Part shown: one piece after another, positions 9,674 to 18,959 of the stretch | Layout of the letters: the number at the start of each line of letters is the position of its first letter | How positions within the stretch are numbered: position 1 is the first letter of the stretch | Sequence record: SRR20825019_1239 | Direction: 5' to 3' (one strand) | DNA length: 40,329 bases | Program-made: the position numbers and the translations under genes | Notes under the pieces: generated by a model | The model's database searches: none | Told to the model about the DNA's origin: nothing | The model's input: the letters and a program-made list of their open reading frames with translations, nothing else

Positions 9674-10162
9674 ATGGAATTACTGTTCGTGCCAATGACC
9701 CGTGACCATGCTTCTGAAATAGTAGGGTGGCGGTATGAGGCGCCTTACGATGTTTATGGATTTGATCCGAGTGATCAGTCGGAGGCCGTCGATTATTTGG
9801 TCGATCCGGAGAACCAATTCTTTGCGGTGTTGCTCGATGATGATCTGATTGGTTTTCGGTCTTTCGGGGCAGATGGACGTGTGGCGGGCGGCGATTACGA
9901 CGAGGAGTATCTGGACACGGGAGGTGGATTGCGGCCTGACCTGACCGGTAAAGGATTGGGAGCAGAAGTGATCTTGAAGGGATTGAAGTTTGGGCGTCGC
10001 ACCTTTGGAACCCGTCGCTTCAGAACGACAGTGGCCGATTTCAACCAAAGGGCGCAGAAGGTCTGTGCGAAGATTGGTTTCGAACGCATCGCGAGCTTTA
10101 GCCGAACCAACGACGGGAAACAGTTTTCGGTCTTCGTGATCGAGCTAGCGAAAGCAGTTTAG
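9674..10162 (+). CDS. GNAT family N-acetyltransferase (RimJ/RimL-like)
   Basis: WRYEAPYDVY, acetyl-CoA loop LRPDLTGKGLG, FNQRAQKVCAKIGF. Confidence 0.85.
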   Translation: MELLFVPMTRDHASEIVGWRYEAPYDVYGFDPSDQSEAVDYLVDPENQFFAVLLDDDLIGFRSFGADGRVAGGDYDEEYLDTGGGLRPDLTGKGLGAEVILKGLKFGRRTFGTRRFRTTVADFNQRAQKVCAKIGFERIASFSRTNDGKQFSVFVIELAKAV

Positions 10163-10232
10163 CCTGTCTGGAGAGGATCCATTGAGTCACGCGAAGATCA
10201 TCTCCCAATCTATATTCTGTAAGCGATCCAGT

Positions 10233-10327
10233 GACACGAAATTCACGGATCTGCACGAATTGAGGACGGTGACCCGCTATTACACACACTCCATTTCTAA
10301 TTCGTGAAAATTAGTGCCATTCGTGTC
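10233..10327. repeat. Inverted repeat element with internally periodic CACGAAT-like arms
   Basis: GACACGAAATTCACGGATCTGCACGAATT (10233-10261) and AATTCGTGAAAATTAGTGCCATTCGTGTC (10299-10327). Confidence 0.7.
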
Positions 10328-10352
10328 GAACAACTTCAGTGCCTCGTGGCGC

Positions 10353-11429
10353 TCAGGTCGTTTCACCTTGGGTCAGATTCACGTCGACGCGTTCGGAACG
10401 GGGTTCGTCCGCGCGGAGGCAATCGACGGCGAGTTCGCCCATCAGTTCGAAATCGACTTTCAGAGTGCTGAGGGGGTGCTCCCCTTTGACGGCCGGAGTG
10501 CCGATGCCGGAGAGCAGGCCGACTTGTCCGGGACAGTCCAAACCAGCATCGAGCAAGTCCTGATGAAAGCGGTAGGACCAGTTATCGTCGGGGCAGTAAA
10601 CGCCGATACGTTGACCGGATTTTTTTAACTCCTGGGCAAATTGTTTTCGCTCTCCGGGGGTGCGGGGTTTTCGGATATTTTTGGAATCGAACTGCACCCC
10701 AATCAATTTGCCGATTTCCAGTCCCATTTCCATCGCCTGCTGGATGTAGTGATCGTCGTGCGGCGAGATGAAATAGACTTTTTCAAATCCGCGTCCGTAA
10801 AGATGGGCGAATGCGAGGAGGGCGCTTCGTTGGAAATTGGGAAAGACGGCGGAAACGAAATCGAGCGACGTCTTCCGATTGATCACCACCATCCGTTTAA
10901 GTTTGTCGCGGAATTTCGCGAGCACGTCGTCGCGCCAGACGTTGTCGAAGATGATGCCTTCACAACTGTTGGCATGGGTGGCGAAGAATTCCTTGAGGAT
11001 GTTTTCCTGAGTGGCGGCACTCGCGTAGTTGGCGGGACTGTTCACATCATCCTGCACAATGAGGGCAGGATTGTGGATCAAGAGAATGCCCCGCTTGTAA
11101 TGCGCCGAGCGCTGGGTCACGCCATGCATGATTTCCTGCAGGACGAGATTCCACAGCTGCAAACGCGGGAGCATGCATGCGAAGGGCTGCACGGTATCGA
11201 CCAAGTGTCTGGCATCGGCCGCGTAAAACCGTCCGTTGGAGTGTTGCCACAAAGCGCCTTCCCCGACCAGTCGGATCAGAATGCGGTAGGCCGTGGAACT
11301 CGAGATGTCATGCGTCGCGGCCAATTCGCGAGCCGGTGGCAACGGGGCTCCGGTTGCCCACTCGCCCCGTTTCAATCGGTTGCGGAGTTGCTCCTGGATC
11401 TTTTGGTTTTTTTTGGATTGCTGGCGCAA
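10353..11429 (-). CDS. Transcriptional regulator: GntR winged-helix plus LacI-type periplasmic-binding-protein domain (AraR-like architecture)
   Basis: N-terminal GEWATGAPLPPARELAATHDISSSTAYR; C-terminal GVYCPDD...PGQVGLL...LSTLKVDFELMGELAV. Confidence 0.82.
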   Translation of the reverse strand: MRQQSKKNQKIQEQLRNRLKRGEWATGAPLPPARELAATHDISSSTAYRILIRLVGEGALWQHSNGRFYAADARHLVDTVQPFACMLPRLQLWNLVLQEIMHGVTQRSAHYKRGILLIHNPALIVQDDVNSPANYASAATQENILKEFFATHANSCEGIIFDNVWRDDVLAKFRDKLKRMVVINRKTSLDFVSAVFPNFQRSALLAFAHLYGRGFEKVYFISPHDDHYIQQAMEMGLEIGKLIGVQFDSKNIRKPRTPGERKQFAQELKKSGQRIGVYCPDDNWSYRFHQDLLDAGLDCPGQVGLLSGIGTPAVKGEHPLSTLKVDFELMGELAVDCLRADEPRSERVDVNLTQGETT

Positions 11430-11526
11430 AGTGGGAATGGGCTGCTACCTGAAAGCGTCACGAACTTTACCAAGGGAAACAATCAGAAATGTGACACAAA
11501 CAGCTATGGATAATGAAACGGGGCGA

Positions 11527-12606
11527 TTAATTGTTTAGAAATGAATATTCGATCCTCATCGGTAGAAACTGCGGATCTCCCCGAGCAAATTTCACGCGAA
11601 TTCCGGTGGGGTTCACGGCGACATCGGTTACCTCGTGAGTGCCGTCCGGAAGCTTTATCACAAACCCCCACATGCGGTGGGTTCGTTGTTGGCCGGGTTG
11701 GAGAGTTTGCCACAGGACCCGATCAAGAAGTGAGCCTCTTTTCTTGAGGCGAGGCATCGTTTGATGCAGGCCGGTGGTGCCCGGTTCGATGGCGCGCACG
11801 ACGGTCTGGCCATCGACATACTTGGTATATTGCATGAGCCAGGGATAATCAGCGACGGGCCAAACATAGCCGATGACTTCACGGGTATTGAGGTTCTGCA
11901 GAGTCACCCATCCCCATTCGGTCTCATCGGGAAAAATCATCGCAACCAGCACGCGGCTTTGAGAACTGATTTCCTGGCGGAGATCCCAGGACCGGTCTTC
12001 GTAATATGCGAATGGCCATTCGAAGTCCGAATCGGGCAGGAGCGTTCTGCCATTTTGAAGCACGCCGCGGGTGGCATTGGTGGCCAGTCGGGTTTCTGTT
12101 GCCCGGCCCAGTTGCGAGAGCGTCACATGTTCAACGGCGTTGTAAGCGCGTTCTGTTGGTGTGGGGTTTTTAAAGATATTGGTGACGGAAAACGCACTGC
12201 TCTCGGGTGCCAGTTTGACCATGCGGGTGGCCTCCAGTTGTGAGATAGGCAACGTGACCTGCAGGTTTGCTTCAAGATCCTGTCCCGGCAGCCATTGCCA
12301 ACGAATATGCGCGGCTTCTCCGTGAAAGGGGATTCCCCTTTCGGTTTCTTCTTTGGAAGGGGCACCCCAACGATCAAAACAGAGGAAATGGGCGTAGACG
12401 CCCGGTTTTTTGGGAGATTTTGCGGTCAGCCAATTGCCAGCTCCTCCCTTGACCTGCAGATCAGAAATGATCGCACGATCCTGTTGCAGAGTTAAACGGA
12501 TCTTCTCGTTGGCAAGCACTCGCTCCGAGACGGACGAGGCCGAAGCGATCAGAGTGGTGGATAACAGAAAAGCGGCCAGAAGCGGATTGATGGAGAGCTT
12601 TCTCAT
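11527..12606 (-). CDS. Exported protein, galactose mutarotase/aldose epimerase-like fold
   Basis: Signal peptide; FDRWG...FHGEA and EHVTL motifs; beta-rich sequence. Confidence 0.6.
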   Translation of the reverse strand: MRKLSINPLLAAFLLSTTLIASASSVSERVLANEKIRLTLQQDRAIISDLQVKGGAGNWLTAKSPKKPGVYAHFLCFDRWGAPSKEETERGIPFHGEAAHIRWQWLPGQDLEANLQVTLPISQLEATRMVKLAPESSAFSVTNIFKNPTPTERAYNAVEHVTLSQLGRATETRLATNATRGVLQNGRTLLPDSDFEWPFAYYEDRSWDLRQEISSQSRVLVAMIFPDETEWGWVTLQNLNTREVIGYVWPVADYPWLMQYTKYVDGQTVVRAIEPGTTGLHQTMPRLKKRGSLLDRVLWQTLQPGQQRTHRMWGFVIKLPDGTHEVTDVAVNPTGIRVKFARGDPQFLPMRIEYSFLNN

Positions 12607-12647
12607 GACCGTTCAACTGCCATCACCGGATTCCGATCGCAAGGGGC

Positions 12648-14174
12648 TTAATCCTTATCTCCCACGCCCAGTTTATCCAAACCGATGGGTGGGACGTCCA
12701 AATCTTTGCGACCTTTCATGGATTCCAAGGGTCCGTCGCTCCGGAGCATCGGACCGGGGATCACACCGGAAGCTTTCCAACGCGTCATCACCCGACGGGC
12801 GCGTTCCACAAACTCGGACACGGGCTGCTTGTCATTGGGTCCGAGCCAAAGGGCTTCACTCATGGCCAACAGTCGCGGGAACAGCATGTGATCCAACTCT
12901 TCCTCTTTAATGTATTCGGTCCAGAGCGTCGCTTCGCCACCGATCACGGAAGCTCCCTTGGTGGAGGCGGGGATGCCGCCGGAAGGATCGAATGCATAGA
13001 CGTCGGTCAGATCGACCTGTCCCACGGCGATGTCAAAATAGCAGTAGCGGCGTGGCGCCGCGATCACGTTGTAGCCGCGGTCGAGGGCCAGCTTGATAAT
13101 GGATTCGTCGCGCCAGCACTGCACGACCATGTCGCCGGAGATTTCGCCTTCCAGCACTTCATCCCAGCCCACGGCAGTGCGTCCCTTGCTGCTGAGATAA
13201 GCCGCGATACGATTCACAAAGTAGGTTTGGAGTCCGTATTCGTCGCCGAGGTTTTCTTCCCGGATGCGACGTTGGCAGGACTCCGATGTTTTCCATTCGT
13301 CTTTCAGGCATTCATCCGCACCCAAATGAAGATAAGGGAATGGGAAGAGCTCCACGACTTCGGATAGCACGTCTTCCAGAAACTGAAATACGCGATCATC
13401 ACCGGCGTTGTAGTTGTTCGGATAAATTCCCCACTCGGTGCCCACTTCTAGTTTTTTGTCTCCGCAGCCCAGTTCGGGATAGGCCGCAATGGCGGCGGTG
13501 GCATGTCCCGGGAGCTCGATCTCCGGCATGATTTCGATGCCCCGCTCCTGAGCATAGGCGACGATTTCCCGCACTTCTGCTTGCGTATAAAAACCGCCTT
13601 CCCTCACCCCGTCGCGATCCCGCCACGCTCCAACCTCGGTTAACTTGGGGAATCGTTGGATTTCCAATCGCCAGCCCTGATCATCGGTCAGGTGCCAATG
13701 CAAGCGGTTCATTTTGAGCCGCGCCATTTGATCGAGGAGACGCAGAATTCCCGCCTTCGAAATGAAGTTGCGGCACGAGTCCAGAAGTAGCCCGCGCCAT
13801 GCAAAATGTGGCCCGTCTTCAATTCTCACAGAGGGCCAACCATCGGCCGGGTCATCCGAGGCCATCGAGATCAAGGTCTGGATGGCATAGGTAAATCCGG
13901 TCGGCGTTTTGCTTCGAATTTGTATGTGATCGGAAGTGATCTGCAGGTCGTAGGCTTCCTCACCCAATTGGCTTGGCTCGCCCTCGACCAAGAGCACATC
14001 GGCAGATGCACCGTCGCATTGCTCAACGGAAAGCTCCGGTTGTGATCGTGACCAATCCTGCAGCATCGCGACGGCTGCCGCCGCTTGGGGCGGAGCCGCG
14101 ACCTTTAAATCGGGACGAGTGAAGCCTGGCTCCGGCGACAGTTCGGAGTGCCGCGGCAGCGGAATAATATCCAA
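12648..14174 (-). CDS. Glycoside hydrolase family 20 beta-N-acetylhexosaminidase
   Basis: WRGLLLDSCRNF, LHWHLTDDQGWR, PEIELPGH, catalytic HLGADE, LWTEY; TTG start, no signal peptide. Confidence 0.93.
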   Translation of the reverse strand: MDIIPLPRHSELSPEPGFTRPDLKVAAPPQAAAAVAMLQDWSRSQPELSVEQCDGASADVLLVEGEPSQLGEEAYDLQITSDHIQIRSKTPTGFTYAIQTLISMASDDPADGWPSVRIEDGPHFAWRGLLLDSCRNFISKAGILRLLDQMARLKMNRLHWHLTDDQGWRLEIQRFPKLTEVGAWRDRDGVREGGFYTQAEVREIVAYAQERGIEIMPEIELPGHATAAIAAYPELGCGDKKLEVGTEWGIYPNNYNAGDDRVFQFLEDVLSEVVELFPFPYLHLGADECLKDEWKTSESCQRRIREENLGDEYGLQTYFVNRIAAYLSSKGRTAVGWDEVLEGEISGDMVVQCWRDESIIKLALDRGYNVIAAPRRYCYFDIAVGQVDLTDVYAFDPSGGIPASTKGASVIGGEATLWTEYIKEEELDHMLFPRLLAMSEALWLGPNDKQPVSEFVERARRVMTRWKASGVIPGPMLRSDGPLESMKGRKDLDVPPIGLDKLGVGDKD

Positions 14175-14210
14175 AGCGACTTTGGGTTTAGGCTGGGAAA
14201 TGAACCCGGA

Positions 14211-16340
14211 TCAGAACGACAGCTTGGCGGAGAGGATCCAGTTGGTTCCCGCTTCAATGAAGCGCTCAACATAATACTCATCCGTAAGGTTCTTTACGTT
14301 CAGATTGATGCTCAGATCATGGCCACCCATCTTGCCTTCCCATCCGATCAGCAGATCGACTCTGGTGTAGGCAGGATTGAGCAAAAGGTCGTGGGTAGGA
14401 TTTGGGTTGGTCGGGCTTTCCGATTTGGCCGTGATTCCGCCGCCGATGTAGAAACCGGTCAAACTGCCGTTGCTGAATTCGTATTTGGTCCATGACGCGA
14501 ATGAGTTCTTTGGCACGCTGGCCAAGCCTTGGCCGACGAATGTCGGATTATCGAGATCGATGGTGATTTCGGCATCCGTATAGGCGTAGCTCAGGATCGT
14601 CTGCCAGTTGCGGTTGGGAGCGAAAATCACGTCGGCTTCAAAACCGGTGCTCTTTTGTTCACCGGAGAGGATCCAGTATCCGGTTCGATTGGGATCACCG
14701 TTGGCGATGTTGGTCTTGTAGGCTTCAAAGGCAGCGATTGAACCGAAGACCTTGCCGTCATTGACATCAAACTTGATACCGCCTTCCCAGCCGCGGCCGG
14801 ACTGAGGCGGGAACCCGGTGCCATCGGGATTGGTGCGCTCATTGGGGAAGATGGACTCGCTGTAGAGGGCGTAGAGGGAAACATCGTCGTTATCAGAGAA
14901 CGGCTTGAAGAGGACACCGGCCATCGGGCTGTAGTCATCGTTTTCGAAGCTCGAAGTGGTGCTGTTGTTATAGAAGGTCGAATCGATCTTAATCGTGTCG
15001 TGACGGAGGCCAAGGGAGGCGTGGAATCGACCGTTTTCCGAAGAGATCTGATCAAGCACATAGAAGCCCTGCACATCCTGGGTGCGCACGAAGTCCGCCG
15101 CTGTAATTGGGCGAGTCGACGAGGCTGGCAGGGTCAGGTTTTCAAGAGGACCTTTCCCGTCCAAGGGATTGTAAAAAAGGAAGTTGTTTTGGCGGTAAGC
15201 CTGCTGACGCAGGTTCTCATGTTCCATTTCGGTGCCGAAGATAACCTTGTGGGTGAGTCCACCGGTTTTAATTTCACCCACGAAGTCCAGTTGCACGACA
15301 TTGGCGCGACGGTGAGGAATCCGATTGAGGGCATCCAGGCGAAGTTGGGAGTTGTTGGCGGCACCACGACCGAGCAGCACTCCGCCGACCAGCTCGTCTT
15401 CTTCGTAATCGTTATCGAGCCAGCTGTGCACGAGGCGCATGGACCAGTCGTCATTGAAGTGATGCTGCAGGGAGCTTTCGATCAGCGTGACATCGCTCCG
15501 GAACCAGGATTCGGGACCTTGGGGTTGAAACTCTACTGGCAGTTCGAGGAAACCACTGCGATCGGGCAACTGAATCGGGTTCGCGCGACGGGCGACCTCG
15601 TCCAGATGCTGCACTTCCAAGGAGGTGTCAAAAGTCGTATTCTCGCTCAGGTGCCAGCGCACGGATGGCGCGATAATGTATTTCTGCGTGCTGTGGAACC
15701 ATGAGTGCGTTTCGGAATCCTCATAGGCGGCGACCAAGCGGTAGTTCACTCCCTGACCGTCACCAATCAGGGGACCGGTGGTATCGATTTCGGCCCGCAT
15801 CATATTGAAGGAACCGATTACGGTGCGGATGGAAGACTGGGCTTTGGCCTGGGGTTTTTTGGTGAGGAAGTTCACCTGCCCGCCCGGTTGGGTCACTCCA
15901 TAGAGGACGGCAGCGGGACCTTTGATGACTTCCACCCGGTCAATCACCGCAGAGTCGAAGCGGGCTTCCTGGGAGGACGTGACGCCATTGCGCTTCGCCT
16001 GGAGAGATTGGAATCCGCGAATCTGATAACGACCGTCAGCAATCGAATCCGCCGTCACGCTCGCGTTGAGCATCATGGATTCGTCGAGACTGAATGCGGC
16101 AAAATCGTCGAGGAGGTCCCTCGTCAGCACTTGGATGTTCTGGGAGAGATCCTTGAGTTGGACATTCGTTTTGGTGCCGCTGACCGTGGAAACGGCACGG
16201 TAGCCATCATCTTGGGAGGCATCGACTTCGTAGACGCCCAGACGGACGACTTCCGAATCTTGAGCTGCCGAGAAAGACACTAGCGCAGCCAGCGTCGCAA
16301 AGCCCACGAGTAGACGTGAGAACGGGGTTTTAGGGGACAT
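14211..16340 (-). CDS. TonB-dependent outer membrane receptor
   Basis: Signal peptide, plug motifs IRGF and RVEVIKGPAAVLYG, NVKNLTDEYY, C-terminal Phe. Confidence 0.92.
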   Translation of the reverse strand: MSPKTPFSRLLVGFATLAALVSFSAAQDSEVVRLGVYEVDASQDDGYRAVSTVSGTKTNVQLKDLSQNIQVLTRDLLDDFAAFSLDESMMLNASVTADSIADGRYQIRGFQSLQAKRNGVTSSQEARFDSAVIDRVEVIKGPAAVLYGVTQPGGQVNFLTKKPQAKAQSSIRTVIGSFNMMRAEIDTTGPLIGDGQGVNYRLVAAYEDSETHSWFHSTQKYIIAPSVRWHLSENTTFDTSLEVQHLDEVARRANPIQLPDRSGFLELPVEFQPQGPESWFRSDVTLIESSLQHHFNDDWSMRLVHSWLDNDYEEDELVGGVLLGRGAANNSQLRLDALNRIPHRRANVVQLDFVGEIKTGGLTHKVIFGTEMEHENLRQQAYRQNNFLFYNPLDGKGPLENLTLPASSTRPITAADFVRTQDVQGFYVLDQISSENGRFHASLGLRHDTIKIDSTFYNNSTTSSFENDDYSPMAGVLFKPFSDNDDVSLYALYSESIFPNERTNPDGTGFPPQSGRGWEGGIKFDVNDGKVFGSIAAFEAYKTNIANGDPNRTGYWILSGEQKSTGFEADVIFAPNRNWQTILSYAYTDAEITIDLDNPTFVGQGLASVPKNSFASWTKYEFSNGSLTGFYIGGGITAKSESPTNPNPTHDLLLNPAYTRVDLLIGWEGKMGGHDLSINLNVKNLTDEYYVERFIEAGTNWILSAKLSF

Positions 16341-16382
16341 AGAGTAACTGGGTTAGGGGTTAAGCTTGTGCCGAATCTTAAT

Positions 16383-16415
16383 ATAATTTGTTTCGATACA
16401 AGAATAATTTGTTTC
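16383..16415. promoter_or_regulatory. 12-bp direct repeat in the divergent promoter region (candidate operator)
   Basis: ATAATTTGTTTC at 16383-16394 and 16404-16415, 21-bp period. Confidence 0.55.
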
Positions 16416-16507
16416 TTTTAAAAAATCTTTTATCTCCGTCATTGTTACCTAATTCGGGTTTCCATCATACTCGAAGTCGTGCGATTCGCCCCGCTACCCC
16501 ACTCCCT

Positions 16508-18799
16508 ATGAATCCGTTTTCTCCTAAATTGCCGATCAGCCGTGCAGCGTTTTCAGGTATGATGGCAACCGGGGTGATGCTTAGTGCAACGATGGGGGAG
16601 ACTTCGCGGCCCAACGTGATCGTGATTCTGGCCGACGATCTCGGCGCGCATGAGCTCGGCGTTTATGGGCATCCCACGCATCAGACGCCCCATCTCGATC
16701 GATTGGCACAAGAGGGGATCTATTTTGACACGGCGTATGCTCTACCGGTTTGCCATCCGTCGCGGCACGCGTTGATGACGGGGCAATACCCGCACCATAA
16801 CGGGGTGTTTCATTTTCCCAATCGTGGCGGTGGCCCCCCGCTCGAGGATCGGGGCGATGATAATATCGCGAATCATCTGACCTTCGGACAGCTCTTCCAA
16901 CAATCCGGCTATGCCACCGCGATGGCGGGCAAATGGCAGCTCTCCGGCGAACTCCCCACGCTGATCAGAGAGACCGGATTCGACGAGTATTCGATGTGGG
17001 CTTATCGCAAGAATTTACCACCGGAGGCCGAAGGTCTGGTGGGTTACGAACCGGGACGACTTCGTCGCACTTCGCGATATTGGCATCCGAGTATCATCGA
17101 AAACGGCCAACACCGTCGCACCACGATTCATGATTACGGGCCGGATCGCTTCACGGATTTCCTGATCGATTTTTCGCAACGTAAGCAGGGCGAGAGTGAG
17201 AAACCGTTCTTTCTCTACTACTCGATGGCGCTGACCCACGAGCCCTACTACCCCACGCCCGACGATCATCCGGCTGGCGAAGCGAAGTTTAAAAAGGACC
17301 CGGCCAATTGGCGTTCCAATGTCGAATACATGGACAAACTCGTGGGCCGCTTCGTCGCCGCGCTTGAGGCTAACGGTCAACGCGACAACACGCTGATCGT
17401 CTTCATGGGCGACAACGGCACGAGTAAGTTTGGCAAAGGCGAGACAACCGAAATGGGCGCGCGCGTGCCTTTGATTTTCAATGGGCCGGGGATCGTGAAA
17501 CCGCAGGGTCGCTCTCTTGAGCTGGCCGACATCACGGATATTTTTCCGACGATCTGTGAGGTCGCGGGGATTCGTGGCCCGCCGGATCATCCTTTCGATG
17601 GCGTGTCGCTCGTGCCCTATTTGCGTGGAGAAACGAGGTCATTACGTGAATGGGTTTATGCGCCGCTCGGAGGACTCCGGACCCTCCGCACGAAACGCTG
17701 GCTGCTCGAAAACAATACGCCGTGGCGTTTCGGCCAACTCTATGATTGCGGCGATTCACGTGATGGCACCGGATATCGCGAGGTTACCCACGATACTTCG
17801 CTCGAAGTGCTCGCCGCCAAAAAACACCTGCTAAAAATTCTCACCGATCTGCCCGTGCCGGAAGTTTCCGGAGATGATCCGCGACTGCGCGGACGCGAAC
17901 GCCCTCATTATCCCATGCCTGACGAACGCCAAGAATTGAACTCACCTGCCATCATCGAACTCTGGCCCGAAGGGGTGCCCAATCAGTTCGAAAATCCACC
18001 GGCCGAGGAGGACGATGGACAGCGCAAATGGTCGATCACGCATCCCACGATGACGGTTTACCCCGCGCCGCACCCGGTGAAAGGTGCGCCTCTCGTCATC
18101 GTTTGTCCGGGTGGTGGCTATCACAAACTCTCTTGGAGAAATGGCGGGATCGCTGTCGCGAAGTGGCTCAACAGCCTCGGCATTACCGCCTTTGTTCTGA
18201 AATACCGCCTATTCGAATATGGACATCCGGCGCCTCTGCAGGACGTGCAACGGGCGATACGTATCGTGAGATCTCGGGCAGAACAGTTTGGTGGCACGGC
18301 TGACAACATCGGTGTTTCCGGAGCCTCGGCCGGTGGACATCTCGCGGCGAGCCTCGGCACGCTTTACGATCAGAAGGTCGCCCCGGATGGCGATACGTTT
18401 GGCGAGATTAACGCGCGACCAGATTTCATGGTGCTGCTTTATCCGGTCATTACGATGGAGGCGCCGCACGTGCACGCCGGGTCGCGTCGCGGGTTATTGG
18501 GGGACACGTTTACGACCGAGCAAAGCGATTTGTTGTCGCTGGAAAAGCAGGTTACGGCCGAGACCCCGCCGACTTTCATTGTCAGCACGAATCAGGATGC
18601 GATCGTCGATGTGGAAAACAGCGTGCTCTTCCACCAGGCCCTTAAAACCGCCGGGGTGCCTTCGGAGCTGCACCTCTTCGAAGAAGGGGCCCACGGCTTT
18701 GGGGTAGTCGACCTTGAAGGGCCCAAAGGCGCGTGGCCGATTCTCGCCGAAGCGTGGATGAAGCATCGGGGGTTTTTGCCGAAAACGGAAATGGAATAA
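16508..18799 (+). CDS. Fusion of an N-terminal Cys-type sulfatase and a C-terminal alpha/beta hydrolase (carbohydrate esterase-like)
   Basis: PNVIVILADDLG, CHPSR, GKWQ, GDNG; then CPGGGY, GASAGG, QDAIV, AHGFG triad motifs; start uncertain (16508 chosen). Confidence 0.85.
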   Translation: MNPFSPKLPISRAAFSGMMATGVMLSATMGETSRPNVIVILADDLGAHELGVYGHPTHQTPHLDRLAQEGIYFDTAYALPVCHPSRHALMTGQYPHHNGVFHFPNRGGGPPLEDRGDDNIANHLTFGQLFQQSGYATAMAGKWQLSGELPTLIRETGFDEYSMWAYRKNLPPEAEGLVGYEPGRLRRTSRYWHPSIIENGQHRRTTIHDYGPDRFTDFLIDFSQRKQGESEKPFFLYYSMALTHEPYYPTPDDHPAGEAKFKKDPANWRSNVEYMDKLVGRFVAALEANGQRDNTLIVFMGDNGTSKFGKGETTEMGARVPLIFNGPGIVKPQGRSLELADITDIFPTICEVAGIRGPPDHPFDGVSLVPYLRGETRSLREWVYAPLGGLRTLRTKRWLLENNTPWRFGQLYDCGDSRDGTGYREVTHDTSLEVLAAKKHLLKILTDLPVPEVSGDDPRLRGRERPHYPMPDERQELNSPAIIELWPEGVPNQFENPPAEEDDGQRKWSITHPTMTVYPAPHPVKGAPLVIVCPGGGYHKLSWRNGGIAVAKWLNSLGITAFVLKYRLFEYGHPAPLQDVQRAIRIVRSRAEQFGGTADNIGVSGASAGGHLAASLGTLYDQKVAPDGDTFGEINARPDFMVLLYPVITMEAPHVHAGSRRGLLGDTFTTEQSDLLSLEKQVTAETPPTFIVSTNQDAIVDVENSVLFHQALKTAGVPSELHLFEEGAHGFGVVDLEGPKGAWPILAEAWMKHRGFLPKTEME

Positions 18800-18814
18800 A
18801 TGGCCACGGCATCT

Positions 18815-18936
18815 ATAGCCGGGCTCGTTGAGCCCGGTGTTTGCATGTTTAACAACCGGGGTCAGCGACCCCGGCTACAACAAGTGATATCAATTGCGCA
18901 CAATCACCGCGGTTCACCGAGGACGGTTCGCCCTAC
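18815..18936. repeat. GTAG-type REP-like cluster between convergent genes
   Basis: ATAGCCGGGCTCGTTGAGCCCGG...CCGGGGTCAGCGACCCCGGCTAC (18815-18878), plus a different half-unit GGTTCACCGAGGACGGTTCGCCCTAC (18911-18936). Confidence 0.75.
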
Positions 18937-18959
18937 CTTTAGAGAGGCTTGGCCGAAGC

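Noticed and set aside
10641..11513. 290-aa antisense ORF over the GntR regulator
   Set aside because: Shadow of a well-supported gene; no motifs
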